Origin: a bacterium
GTDB lineage: Bacteria; Myxococcota_A; Bradymonadia; UBA7976; UBA1532
DNA length: 62,168 nt
NCBI GenBank assembly: GCA_030426945.1
Contig: JAUHXL010000001.1
Location: 1 to 62,168 of the forward strand
Direction: 5' to 3'
Part shown: positions 37,000-46,354 of the stretch, in pieces
Layout: the number at the start of each line of letters is the position of its first letter
Position numbering within the stretch: position 1 is the first letter of the stretch
Position numbers and translations under genes: made by a program
Notes under the pieces: model-generated
Told to the model about the DNA's origin: nothing
What the model saw: the letters and a program-made list of their open reading frames with translations, nothing else
Databases searched by the model: none

Positions 37000-38907
37000 T
37001 CAGAGGGCGAAGGGCATGTTGATGCGCATCGCGTCCCCGCGGAACTGCGGGAACCGGAAGGCACGGACCTTCCCTTCGACGCAGCGACCGACCGGAGTGC
37101 CCTTGAACTTGGACGTGGTCACGTCGGCCGAGCTGACGCGGCCGCTGCCCGCGATGACCATGGCGACCATCACCGTGCCGCTCGTGCTGCCGTCCTTGCA
37201 GGACTGGATCGATCCCGCGTTGGTCTTCACCACGCGCAGGATCTGCTGCTTCGACAAGCTGTCCGGCAGCATCGGATCGGCCGCCGGCGCCGCGGGACGG
37301 GCCGCCGGCGCCGCGGCGCGCTTGGCCCCACCACCCTTCGGGCCATCGAGCGCCCCGAGCAGGTCGTCCACCTCGTCGGTGTCCTTCTTGGCCGAGCGCG
37401 CAGGCGCGCGCCGGGCCGGCGGCGGCGTGGGCGCGCGCCGCGCGGGGGCCGGGGCCGCGGCGGGCGGCGGCGCGTCCTCCGGGTTCGAGCGCGCGGCGCG
37501 CGCCGGGGACGGACTGCGGCGGGTGCGTCGCTTGGCGGCCCGCCGCGCCGCGCGATCACCGCCCTTGGCCTCGTCGCCCTTGGCCTCGTCGTCCTTGGCC
37601 TCGTCGTCCTTGGCCTCGTCGCCCTTGGCCTCGTCGCCCTTGGCCTCGTCGCCCTTGGCTTCGTCGCCCTTGGCCTCGTCGCCCTTGGCCTCGTCCCCCT
37701 TGGCCTCGTCGCCCTTGGCCTCGTCGCCCTTGGCCTCGTCGCCCTTGGCCTGATCCCCCGCCGCCGGCTTGGCCGCCGCCCCACCGACGTTGACCGTCGC
37801 GGGCGCCGCGGCCGGCTGGCCCGCCGCCGGCTGCGCCGCGATCGGCTGCTCCCCCTTCTCACCCTTGACGAGGAAGAGCGTCAGGCCCACCGCTCCGCCG
37901 ACGAGCAGCAAGCCGCCCATCACCATCGCAGCGACCTTGCCGGTGCTCGAGCGCCGCTTGTTGACCAGGGCCGGCATCGCGCCCGGCCCCACCGCCGCGG
38001 GCGCGGCCGGCGCGAAGGCCGGGCTGGCGCCGAACGCGTCCTCCGCCGCGGACGGCGCCGAGGGCCCCACCAGCGCCGAGATGTCGATCAGGCCCGACCC
38101 CTCGCTGCCGCCGGTGCTGCGCACCTGCGGCCCCGGCTCGGCCTCGTCGGCGAGGCTGTCGAGGCTGAACAGCACCGAGTTCTCGTTGCGCTGACCACGC
38201 AGCGAGGACTGCTGCACCCGGGGGCTGTGGAAGTCCTCGTCCTGACCGCCGAACAGGCTCTCGGAGCTGCCGCTCGCGGCGGCCGCGCCGGGCGCGTTGT
38301 TCGACATCATCAGATCGTCGTCGTCGCGGCCGTCGTCCACCGCGGCGAAGAGCGACGCGCCCTGCGACGCCCCGGGACCCTCGTGGTGGTGATCGTCGTC
38401 GTCGTCGAGCGCGCCGAACCCGGCCGCCGGCGCCGCCGCCGCCGCCGCAGGGGCCGCGGCCCGAGGCGCGACCGCCGCGGGTGCCGGCGCGGGCTCGGGC
38501 TCGGGCTCGGGCAGCAAGCTGCTGAACTCCGGCACCGCGGCCAGCCGCATCCAGTCGGCCATGCCCTCGGACCAGATGAAGCTGTCGCCGTTGACCTCAC
38601 CCGCGTCGAACGCCTGCCGCACCTGGGCGCGGGTGAGCGGACCCACCTGCTCCCGGTTGATGACCACGTGCCAGATCGCGTCGGACGGTGGCGCCTCCAC
38701 CGAGGCCTGCGGATCGTACCCGCTGGTCACGCGGGTCGACTCGTCAGGCGCGCTCGCTTCGGCCGAGGCCTCCGCCGCGTCGGGCTCCCCACCTCGGACC
38801 ACGATCACGTGCGCGCAACGCTTGCAGCGGATCTTGAAGACCTTGTTGCGGACCTTGTCGTCGTTGATCTGGTACTTCGCGCTGCAGTTGTCGCAGACGA
38901 TCCTCAT
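37000..38907 (-). CDS. GltJ/AgmX-like protein: N-terminal zinc ribbon, GYF domain, TM helix, (KGDEA)n linker, AgmX/PglI (TonB-C-like) C-terminal domain
   Basis: The start is the ATG at 38907. The zinc ribbon is MRIVCDNCSAKYQI...IRCKRCAHVIVV. The GYF-type region is WHVVINREQVGPLTRAQVRQAFDAGEVNGDSFIWSEGMADWMRL. The TM helix is VAAMVMGGLLLVGGAVGLTLFLV. The C-terminus is VKTNAGSIQSCKD...GTPVGRCVEGKVRAFRFPQF. Confidence 0.8.
   Translation of the reverse strand: MRIVCDNCSAKYQINDDKVRNKVFKIRCKRCAHVIVVRGGEPDAAEASAEASAPDESTRVTSGYDPQASVEAPPSDAIWHVVINREQVGPLTRAQVRQAFDAGEVNGDSFIWSEGMADWMRLAAVPEFSSLLPEPEPEPAPAPAAVAPRAAAPAAAAAAPAAGFGALDDDDDHHHEGPGASQGASLFAAVDDGRDDDDLMMSNNAPGAAAASGSSESLFGGQDEDFHSPRVQQSSLRGQRNENSVLFSLDSLADEAEPGPQVRSTGGSEGSGLIDISALVGPSAPSAAEDAFGASPAFAPAAPAAVGPGAMPALVNKRRSSTGKVAAMVMGGLLLVGGAVGLTLFLVKGEKGEQPIAAQPAAGQPAAAPATVNVGGAAAKPAAGDQAKGDEAKGDEAKGDEAKGDEAKGDEAKGDEAKGDEAKGDEAKGDEAKDDEAKDDEAKGDEAKGGDRAARRAAKRRTRRSPSPARAARSNPEDAPPPAAAPAPARRAPTPPPARRAPARSAKKDTDEVDDLLGALDGPKGGGAKRAAAPAARPAAPAADPMLPDSLSKQQILRVVKTNAGSIQSCKDGSTSGTVMVAMVIAGSGRVSSADVTTSKFKGTPVGRCVEGKVRAFRFPQFRGDAMRINMPFAL
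37561..37755 (-). repeat. In-frame 15-bp tandem repeat, about 13 copies, encoding (KGDEA)n
   Basis: The unit GCCCTTGGCCTCGTC is repeated head to tail with 0-1 mismatch per copy. The last copy is degenerate. Confidence 0.9.
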
Positions 38908-38965
38908 CAAGCGCTCTCCCAGCAGGCAGGGGAGCACCGCGCTCTTCGGCGCGAGTGCCCGCGCG

Positions 38966-38995
38966 ATTATAGGAGCGGCTTTCGCGCGCCCGCAA
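38966..38995 (-). promoter_or_regulatory. sigma70-type promoter candidate for the GltJ-like gene
   Basis: The minus strand reads TTGCGG-N18-TATAAT. A perfect -10 hexamer is rare in this GC-rich DNA. It lies about 55 nt upstream of the ATG, inside a 371-nt gap. Confidence 0.4.
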
Positions 38996-39278
38996 GAACC
39001 CCCTCGGTTCACGCCACGCGCCACCGAGGCCAGCCGCGGCAGGAGTCCCTGCCCGCGACGCCCTCACTACGCGCGGCGGGCGACCGAGTGTCCGCGCTCG
39101 AGCGAGAAACCCGACCGGACCCCCGGAAGAGGCCAACGCGGCGATGAGCAAGAGGAGTCGGCCGCCCGATTGCCCTGCGCCCACGGGCGCAGCATCGACG
39201 ACGGGCCCGAGGTCGACGATCCATCCCAGCCGATCAGCAGCGCCTCGCCGCCGCGGGTGGAACGGGCCGCTCGGAGGG

Positions 39279-39533
39279 TCAGCGCAGCGTCGCGTCCTTG
39301 GCGGTCGCCTTGAGCTTGGGCAGGAAGTCCTTCTTCAGCTTCAGCAGCCGCTCGAACTTCACCTTCTGCCGAGCGTCGGTGTAGAGCACCTGCGGCTTCT
39401 TGTACTGACCGTCGATGAGGAGGTCGTCGAAGTTGTAGAACTTCGTCTTCGAGTCGCCATCGTCCTGCGCGACCGCGGTGACGGGCGCGCCCATCAGCAG
39501 TCCACCCACCAGCAGCAGCTTGATCCACTTCAT
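39279..39533 (-). CDS. small secreted protein in the GltF/NfsF position
   Basis: The ATG at 39533 has a GGAGGAGG Shine-Dalgarno. The signal peptide is MKWIKLLLVGGLLMGAPVTAVA. 84 aa, located between the GltE-like and GltJ/G-like genes. Confidence 0.7.
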   Translation of the reverse strand: MKWIKLLLVGGLLMGAPVTAVAQDDGDSKTKFYNFDDLLIDGQYKKPQVLYTDARQKVKFERLLKLKKDFLPKLKATAKDATLR

Positions 39534-39656
39534 CTGAGACCTCCTCCGCGTCGCGTCCGGCACGCGCCGAGTATGATGGCCGGCGCCCGGCCTGTCGAGG
39601 CGTGTACCCGGGCCGCGCCCGCGTCATCGCCGGGTTCGTCGGACCCCCGGTGGGTG

Positions 39657-41042
39657 TCAGCTGGCGCCGTCACCCTCGGCGGGCTTCTCGGCACCCTCGG
39701 CGGGCTTCTCGGCACCCTCGGCGGGCTTCTCGGCACCCTCGCCGGGCTTCTCGGCACCCTCGCCGGGCGCCGCAGCCCCCGCGGCGTCGGCGGCCGGCTC
39801 CCCGGCACCCTCGGCGCCCTCGGCCGGCGGCGCCGCACCCTCGCCCGGCGCCTCGTCGGCGCCATCACCCTCGCCACCGCCGGTCTCGCCACCGCCCGCC
39901 TCACCGCCGTCACCCGGGGGCGGCGCGGTCGCCGCCTGCTCGAGGAACTTCACGGTCGCGCGCAGCTGGTGGTCCGCGGGCAGCTTCTCGAGATCGATGT
40001 ACCGCTTGTAGAAGGCGACGGCCTTCTTGGGCTGGCCCATCTGCTCCTCGTAGATCTTGCCCACCCGGATGAGCACCTCGGCGTGATCACCGCCGACGTC
40101 GAGGCTCTCTTCGTACAGCTTGGCCGCCCCCTCGTAGTCACCCGTTCCGTAGAGCGCGTTGGCCTCGCCCACCATCGCCTGGTAGTGCTTCGGGAAGCGC
40201 GCCCGCACCGCGCGGAACTGCTCGAGGGCCGCCGGATAGTCGAGGTAGTCGAGGTAGATCGACGCGAGGTTCAGGCGCGCGTCGTCCATGGTCGGGTCGA
40301 AGTTGATCGCCTTCTCGAAGGACAGCACCGCCGACGGCACCTGCTCCATCTTGTAGAACGTCAGCCCGAGGTTGTTGTGCGCGCGGGCGTTCTTCTCCTC
40401 GAAGCCGATGGCCTTGTTGAACATCAGCAGCGCCAGGGGCAGCTTGTCCTGCGCCAGGTAGATGAGGCCCAGGTTGATGATCGCCGGCACGTTCTTCGGC
40501 TGCACGGCCAGCACCTCCTTGACGTAGCGGAGCGACGTCTTGAGGTCCTTCTTGGCCAGATAGGCCGCAGCCAGGTTGTTGCGCGCCTGGAGGTCGTCGG
40601 GCTTGTCCCGCAGCACCGACTCGAACTCGGTGATGGCCTGCTCGGCCTCGCCCGACAGCAGCAGCGCGCGGCCGAGCGCGAGCGTCACGCCCTTGTCAGT
40701 GACGCTCTGCTCGATGAGCTTGCGATAGGCCGCGGCGGCCTCCTTGTAGCGCCCGAGGCGCTCGTAGCTGTACGCCAGGTTCAGCCACGCCACCGTGTAC
40801 TTCGGGTGGGCGGCCGTCGCCTTCTCGAAGGCCTCGGCGGCCTCGACGTAGGCCGGCGGCGTCTTCTGGAGGGACTCGACCCCACTCGTGAAGGCGGTCA
40901 CCGCGGACTCGGGGATACCGTCGACCTTCTTCTCGGCCTTGGGCGGCGGCTTCTTGTCGATGGGATCCTTCTTGGGGGGCGTGCCCCCGCAGCCCACGAG
41001 GACCGCGAGACCCATCCAGACGAACAGACGGTCGAGCCGCAT
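39657..41042 (-). CDS. TPR-repeat lipoprotein, GltE/AglT/NfsE-like
   Basis: The lipobox is LVGC. About 8 TPR units follow. The C-terminal tail is (AEGAEKP)n. The start (ATG 41042 or GTG 41045) abuts the upstream stop. Confidence 0.8.
   Translation of the reverse strand: MRLDRLFVWMGLAVLVGCGGTPPKKDPIDKKPPPKAEKKVDGIPESAVTAFTSGVESLQKTPPAYVEAAEAFEKATAAHPKYTVAWLNLAYSYERLGRYKEAAAAYRKLIEQSVTDKGVTLALGRALLLSGEAEQAITEFESVLRDKPDDLQARNNLAAAYLAKKDLKTSLRYVKEVLAVQPKNVPAIINLGLIYLAQDKLPLALLMFNKAIGFEEKNARAHNNLGLTFYKMEQVPSAVLSFEKAINFDPTMDDARLNLASIYLDYLDYPAALEQFRAVRARFPKHYQAMVGEANALYGTGDYEGAAKLYEESLDVGGDHAEVLIRVGKIYEEQMGQPKKAVAFYKRYIDLEKLPADHQLRATVKFLEQAATAPPPGDGGEAGGGETGGGEGDGADEAPGEGAAPPAEGAEGAGEPAADAAGAAAPGEGAEKPGEGAEKPAEGAEKPAEGAEKPAEGDGAS
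39671..39768 (-). repeat. In-frame 21-bp tandem repeat, about 4.5 copies
   Basis: The unit CACCCTCGGCGGGCTTCTCGG repeats at 39671, 39692, 39713 and 39734. It encodes the AEGAEKP repeats. Confidence 0.85.
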
Positions 41043-44000
41043 CACTTCGACTCCTTCTTCTCGGTCGGCGCGGCCTTGTCGCCGCCCTTCGCGGGCTCGG
41101 CGCCCTTCGCGGGCTCGGCGCCCTTCGCGGGCTCGGCGCCCTTCACCGGCTGCGCACCCTCGGCGGGCGCTGCGCCCTCACCGGGCTTGCCCCCCGCGGC
41201 CGGGGCCGCCTCGGGCGCCGGGGCCATCATCTGCTCCAGCTTGCCGGCCGGATCGGCGATGAAGGTCGTCGAGAAGGTCGCCGGCACCGGGTGGTCGCTG
41301 TCGTTGACGCTGTCCTCGAGCACCGGGAAGGCCTCGGGGCTCAGCTTCACCAGCAGCGCCGCGGACTTGCGCGACCACTCGTTGTACACGTGGTTCTCGT
41401 GGGCCAGCTTCAGCGCCCGCCCGACGGCCTCGATGGCCTTCTCCTGCAGCGGCGCGGCCCGGTCGTCGAGCTCCGCCCGGTACACGAACTGCTCGTCCTC
41501 GCTCAGTTCGGCGGGGATCGGCAGGTCGAACAGGCTCTTCGCGAACAGGTAGTAGCTCTCGCCGATACGGTACAGGGCGCCCGCGTTGACCGAGTGCGAC
41601 TTGTACTCGAGCACGTCGAACATGACCTTCGTGGCCTTCTCGAGCAGCTCCGCCTTCTTGACCAGGGTGCGGCGCAGCACGTGGTCGGGGAAGCTGACCT
41701 TCACCTCCTCGAAGTCCTGGTAGATGTACTCGCCCTGGAGGAAGCGGGCCATGCCGGCGGCCCGACGCACCTCAGGCTTGGCCTTCGCCTCGTCCGACAG
41801 GCGCTTGTACGCCCGCAGCGCCGAGTCCAGCTCCTTGCTGGCGTCGCGCCGCGCATGCTTCGCGCCCTCCTGCTGGTAGTTGCGCGCGGTGCGCAGGTAG
41901 ACGTCGATCGTCGTCTCGGGGCGCGTCTTGCCGAACTTCTTCAGGTAGTCGGCGTAGGTGCCGCGCGCGTCCTTCCAGTTGCCCTGCTTCTCCTGGAAGT
42001 CGGCCACCCGCAGAAAGATGTCCGGCGTGTCCTTCCCGTCGGGGAACTTCTTCACGTACGTCTGGAAGATGGCCTCGGCCTTGGCGTACTGCTCGAGCGC
42101 CGCCCGGATGGAGCCGGCGTTGTACAACGCGTCGGCCATCTGCGGCACGTCGGGGAAGGTCGCCATCTTCTCGAAGTAGTCCGCGGCCCGCTCGAAGTCG
42201 GTCTGGCTCTCGTAGAGCGCCCCGAGCACGAAGTGCGCCTCGGTGGCCTGCGAGCTCTTCGGGTAGCGCTTGATCAGGCTCTCGTACAGGTCGATCGCCT
42301 GCTCGGTCTTCTCGGCCTGCTCGGTGATCGCCGCCGCGTTGAACAGCGCGATGGGCGCCTTGTCGTGCTTGGGGAACTCCTTGACGAAGCGCAGCATCTC
42401 TTCGGCCGCCTTCGCCTTCTCGCCCTTCTTCGACAGCTCGGTCGCGTACTCGTTGATCGAGATGGCGATGACCTCGAGCAGCTGCTTCTTGCTCAGCACC
42501 TTGTAGTTCTTGGTGTTGAGCATGTACCGCCCCCAGCGCTCCATCTGATCCCAGCGACGCAGGCGGTAGTTGGCGTCGAACAGGGTGGCCGCCGCGAAGC
42601 CCGCGAAGCGGTGCTTCGGGTGGTGCTCCATGATGACCTCGAGGCGCTTGACGCCCTCGGCGTAGTGCCCCTTCTTGATGAAGATCTCGGCCGCGCGGAA
42701 CGCGACCGCCGGCACCTCGTTGTCGTCCGGGTACAGGTCGAGGTAGTCCGAGCAGGCCTTCAGGAAGGCGTTCTCCGTCGCGTGCAGGTCCTGCTTCTCG
42801 ACGGGCTTGAAGTCCTTGTCGTCTTCCTTCTTGTCGACGAACTGGACGTCGGCTTCCTTGGCCTTGCCCCGCTTGCCCTTCTTGACCTCCTGCTCGGGCC
42901 GCTCGATCAGCCCGGCGTCGGCCATCTTCTGCTCCTTGCAGAGGATGACCGCGTAGGCCGACTCCTTCGAGTACTTACCCTTCGGATCCCGGTCGACGAC
43001 CCCGCGGTAGTGCTTGGCGGCCTCGTCCCACTGCTTGGTCTGGAAGAAGTAGATCTCGGCGAGGAAGAACTGCTTCTCGTAGGCGTCCTTCGCCTCGTTG
43101 AACCACTCGAGGTACTTCTCGTAGTACTTCGCGGCCTTGGCGTAGAACCGGTCGGCGCGCTCCTGATCCTTGAGCTTCTCGACCTCTTGCGCCTTGGTGT
43201 GGAACTGCCCGATCAGCCAGTCGACCTCCTCCTCGCGATACTGCTTCGCGCGGATCATCGGGGTCTCGATGTCCTTGTTCGCGACGTGCCAGCTGCCCTT
43301 CGGGTCGAAGTAGTCCAGGAAGCGACCGATGACCTCCTCGGTCTTCTCGATGTCCTCCTGCTTCTTCCAGGCCTTCGTCACGTAGTCCGCGTACTCGGGG
43401 ATCTTCTCGCCCTGCTTGTTGGCGGCGATCAGGTACTCGTAGACCTCGATCTCGAGGTCCGTCTTGTCCTGCTTGTTGTAGATGCGGGCGATCTTCTCGA
43501 GCTGCTCGGTGGCGAGCTGATCGCTGCCCACCTTGCGGAAGTAGTCGCGGGCCTTCTTCCACCCGTCGTCGACCTCGGCGTAGGCCAGGGCCAGCGCCGA
43601 GTAGGCCTGGTTGGTGAAGTAGACCTTGCGCTTGTCCTCACCCTTCGAGAGCTCGACGACCTTCTGGAAGGAGCCGATCGAGTCGTCGTACTCCTTCAGG
43701 TTGTAGTAGACGTAGCCCAGCTTGTAGAGCGCGTAGGGATACTGGCTGCTGGACTCGTCCTTGAGCACCTCGAGGTAGTTCGTCTTGGCGGCGAAGAGCA
43801 GGTCGTTGTCGAAGTAGTACTCGGCCACCGCCAGGAAGGCGCGGGTCTTGTACTTGCTCTTCGGGTACTCCTTCGTCAGGCGCAGCATGTAGCTGGCGCC
43901 TTCCTTCTTCTTGCCCGCCGTGATCAGGCCGCGGCCGAGGTAGAACATGACCTCGTCGATGCGCGCGTAGTTCGGGAACTCCTTGAGCAGCTTCTTGTAC

Positions 44001-44434
44001 TCGACGAGCGCCTTGCCATAGTCGGCGTTCGGCTCGTCGGGCTTCTTCTTCAGCGTGCCGTTCAGGTACGCCTCGTACTGCTTGTCGTAGTCCTTGCGCT
44101 GCAGGAAGTACCGGTACTTGGCCTCGTCCCACTCCTTCTCCGCGATGCGGAACAGGAGGTCGGCCTTCTTCTTGTACAGCGGGTTCTTCTGCAGAATGCT
44201 GCGCATCTGCTCGATCTGGCGCTGGCGCACCTTGGAGAGCTTGGCCTCCTTCTCGGCGATCACCGTGTCGTCGGGATCGATGGGCGGCAGCTCGTCCCCG
44301 GCCTCGGGCTTGAAGACGCCCTGAGCCGCTTTCTCGTCCGTGGCCAGCTCGTCCTTGCCTCCGCCCGTCTTCTGGGCGAAGGCCGGCGGCGCCAGCAGCG
44401 CGCCGATCATGATCAGGGCGGGCAGAATCTTCAT
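41042..44434 (-). CDS. large periplasmic TPR protein, GltD/AgmU/NfsD-like
   Basis: The signal peptide is MKILPALIMIGALLAPPAFA. About 1130 aa of Lys/Tyr/Glu-rich TPR-like repeats follow (..YALYKLGYVYYNLKEYDDSIGSFQKV..). The C-terminal tail is (AEPAKG)n. An alternative GTG start lies at 44443. Confidence 0.8.
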   Translation of the reverse strand: MKILPALIMIGALLAPPAFAQKTGGGKDELATDEKAAQGVFKPEAGDELPPIDPDDTVIAEKEAKLSKVRQRQIEQMRSILQKNPLYKKKADLLFRIAEKEWDEAKYRYFLQRKDYDKQYEAYLNGTLKKKPDEPNADYGKALVEYKKLLKEFPNYARIDEVMFYLGRGLITAGKKKEGASYMLRLTKEYPKSKYKTRAFLAVAEYYFDNDLLFAAKTNYLEVLKDESSSQYPYALYKLGYVYYNLKEYDDSIGSFQKVVELSKGEDKRKVYFTNQAYSALALAYAEVDDGWKKARDYFRKVGSDQLATEQLEKIARIYNKQDKTDLEIEVYEYLIAANKQGEKIPEYADYVTKAWKKQEDIEKTEEVIGRFLDYFDPKGSWHVANKDIETPMIRAKQYREEEVDWLIGQFHTKAQEVEKLKDQERADRFYAKAAKYYEKYLEWFNEAKDAYEKQFFLAEIYFFQTKQWDEAAKHYRGVVDRDPKGKYSKESAYAVILCKEQKMADAGLIERPEQEVKKGKRGKAKEADVQFVDKKEDDKDFKPVEKQDLHATENAFLKACSDYLDLYPDDNEVPAVAFRAAEIFIKKGHYAEGVKRLEVIMEHHPKHRFAGFAAATLFDANYRLRRWDQMERWGRYMLNTKNYKVLSKKQLLEVIAISINEYATELSKKGEKAKAAEEMLRFVKEFPKHDKAPIALFNAAAITEQAEKTEQAIDLYESLIKRYPKSSQATEAHFVLGALYESQTDFERAADYFEKMATFPDVPQMADALYNAGSIRAALEQYAKAEAIFQTYVKKFPDGKDTPDIFLRVADFQEKQGNWKDARGTYADYLKKFGKTRPETTIDVYLRTARNYQQEGAKHARRDASKELDSALRAYKRLSDEAKAKPEVRRAAGMARFLQGEYIYQDFEEVKVSFPDHVLRRTLVKKAELLEKATKVMFDVLEYKSHSVNAGALYRIGESYYLFAKSLFDLPIPAELSEDEQFVYRAELDDRAAPLQEKAIEAVGRALKLAHENHVYNEWSRKSAALLVKLSPEAFPVLEDSVNDSDHPVPATFSTTFIADPAGKLEQMMAPAPEAAPAAGGKPGEGAAPAEGAQPVKGAEPAKGAEPAKGAEPAKGGDKAAPTEKKESK
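41083..41154 (-). repeat. In-frame 18-bp tandem repeat, about 4 copies
   Basis: The unit CGCCCTTCGCGGGCTCGG repeats at 41083, 41101 and 41119, with a degenerate fourth copy. It encodes (AEPAKG)n. Confidence 0.85.
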
Positions 44435-46344
44435 TACTTGCACACTTCCTGGAGATCGCTGCGGTAGGCGTTGATCTCGTCGGCCCAGAACTCGCCCTCG
44501 AAGGGCCAGGTGACGTACTTGTCGCCGACGAACACCAGCGCCGCGGCCTGGGACTCGACCGCCTGCGCCTCCTCGCTGTCGCCGCGATACTCTTCCTCGA
44601 TCTGCTTCTCGAGCTCGGTGGCCGCGGCCTCGTCGATCTCGATGCGAATCTCGGTGACCTGCTCCTCGAGCTCGGTCAGCTCGTCGTCGAGGCCCTGCAG
44701 CAGCTGGTTGATCTTGATGCCGAGGGCCAGCGTCCCGTCTTGCTGACGGCTCTGCACCGTCTCGAGCAGCCGCCGGGTCAGGTCGTCACCGAAGCGCGCC
44801 CTGCCCTTCTCGATGGCCGCCACCTCGCGCCGCAGCTGGGTGACCGAGGTGTACAGGTCGTAGAACTCGGCGTTCGAGATGACCGCCATGCGGAGCAGGT
44901 GCGGCAGCTCGATGCCCTTGCGGCTCTGCTGCAGCACGAACGCCCGGTAGAGCGCCTCCGGCGACGCGTACTCGGCCATGAAGTTCTGCAGGGGCGCCTT
45001 GAGCGAGAGGTAGTTCTTCTCGATGCGCTGCAGGGCGTCGTGGGCGAAGTCGAAGTGACAGTTGTTCATGAACACCGTCGCCTCGAGCAGGTGGGTGTCC
45101 GGGAGGAAGTACTCCTCCCAGTCGGGCCCATCGAGGGTGTGGAAGATGCCCATGCCCCGCTTGACGTCACCCTTCAGGAAGTACGACCAGCCGGACTCGT
45201 GCAGCGCGTTGACGTAGCTCGTCGAGTCGCTCGGCACCTTGCGGTAGTAGAAGATCGCGACGTCGAAGAGGCCCACGGAGTAGGCGATCCGCGCCAGGGC
45301 CAGGTAGGCCAGGTGCGCGACGCGGGGCTCGTCATTGGCCTCGCCGGCGGCGACCGCGCGCTCGAAGAACTGGCTGGCGCCGATCAGGTTGCGGCCGAAG
45401 TCTTCGGAGTCCTGATCCTCACCGGCGTTCTCGACGGTGACCAGGCCCAGCAGGTACTGCGCGTCCGCGTAGTCGTCACCGGCGTCCGACACCTCGCCGA
45501 GGTACTTCTGCGCCTCGTCGTAGCGGTTGTAGTCGAAGAAGAACTTGCCCAGGAAGTAGTTGTAGCTGTCCTGGAACGCCTGCGACTGGCCGCCCACGAA
45601 GTAGTTGGTCAGCGCCTCGAGCGTGACCGGGTTGTAGGCCACGCGCTTGGAGCTGCGGCGCAGGCCCTCGAAGGCCGGGGCGAACACGTCGGACTCGCCG
45701 CCGAGGTTCACCAGCTCGTGGTACATCTCCGCCGCGTTGCCGTACAGGCCCAGGCAGTACAAGGCGTCCGCGAGGCCGAGCTTGCCCGAGGCGGTGCTGG
45801 GCTTGTTCGGCGCGGCGCTCTGCAGGAACTGATCGAAGAGCTTGGCCGCGGTGTGGCAGTCGCGATCATCGAGGGCTTCGCGCGCGCCTGCGAGCGCGCC
45901 GGCCACCCGCCGCTGCTCCTCGGCGGCCATCTTGGCCCGCTCGGCGTCCGCGGCGCGCTTGGCGGCCTCGCGGATGCGGGCCTCCTCTTCGATGCGCGCC
46001 TTCTCGGTCTCCTCCTGATCGCGGAGCCGCTCGAGATCGTCCTCGGGCGCGGGCTCCGGCGCGGGCTCCGGCGCGGGCGCAGGCGCCCCACCGCCGCCGG
46101 CGGCCATCATCGCCTCGATGACGTCCTTCGGCACGCCGGCGTCCTCGAGCTTCTTCAGCTCGGCCACGGTCAGGTTGAAGGTCGAGCCGGTGGACTGGAT
46201 CGTCTGCACGATCACCTGGGCGGGCAGCCCCGACTTGTGCATCTGGATCACGTTGTCGGTCGTGATCGCCCACGCCGGCGTCGCCAGCGCCGCGACGAGC
46301 GCGACGGCCACGAACACCCGACGGAGGGATTTGCGAAACGTCAT
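44434..46344 (-). CDS. secreted helical-repeat/coiled-coil protein in the GltC/NfsC position
   Basis: The ATG at 46344 has a GAGGTG Shine-Dalgarno that overlaps the upstream stop. A signal peptide (VAVALVAALATPAWA) and a PAPEPAPEP linker are followed by a charged coiled coil and TPR-like repeats. The stop overlaps the start of the GltD-like gene. Confidence 0.72.
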   Translation of the reverse strand: MTFRKSLRRVFVAVALVAALATPAWAITTDNVIQMHKSGLPAQVIVQTIQSTGSTFNLTVAELKKLEDAGVPKDVIEAMMAAGGGGAPAPAPEPAPEPAPEDDLERLRDQEETEKARIEEEARIREAAKRAADAERAKMAAEEQRRVAGALAGAREALDDRDCHTAAKLFDQFLQSAAPNKPSTASGKLGLADALYCLGLYGNAAEMYHELVNLGGESDVFAPAFEGLRRSSKRVAYNPVTLEALTNYFVGGQSQAFQDSYNYFLGKFFFDYNRYDEAQKYLGEVSDAGDDYADAQYLLGLVTVENAGEDQDSEDFGRNLIGASQFFERAVAAGEANDEPRVAHLAYLALARIAYSVGLFDVAIFYYRKVPSDSTSYVNALHESGWSYFLKGDVKRGMGIFHTLDGPDWEEYFLPDTHLLEATVFMNNCHFDFAHDALQRIEKNYLSLKAPLQNFMAEYASPEALYRAFVLQQSRKGIELPHLLRMAVISNAEFYDLYTSVTQLRREVAAIEKGRARFGDDLTRRLLETVQSRQQDGTLALGIKINQLLQGLDDELTELEEQVTEIRIEIDEAAATELEKQIEEEYRGDSEEAQAVESQAAALVFVGDKYVTWPFEGEFWADEINAYRSDLQEVCK

Positions 46345-46354
46345 CACGACCACC

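Noticed and set aside
37561-37755. A regular 15-bp repeat array considered as a CRISPR-like array.
   Set aside because: The units are contiguous with no spacers. They are in frame inside a CDS and encode KGDEA repeats.
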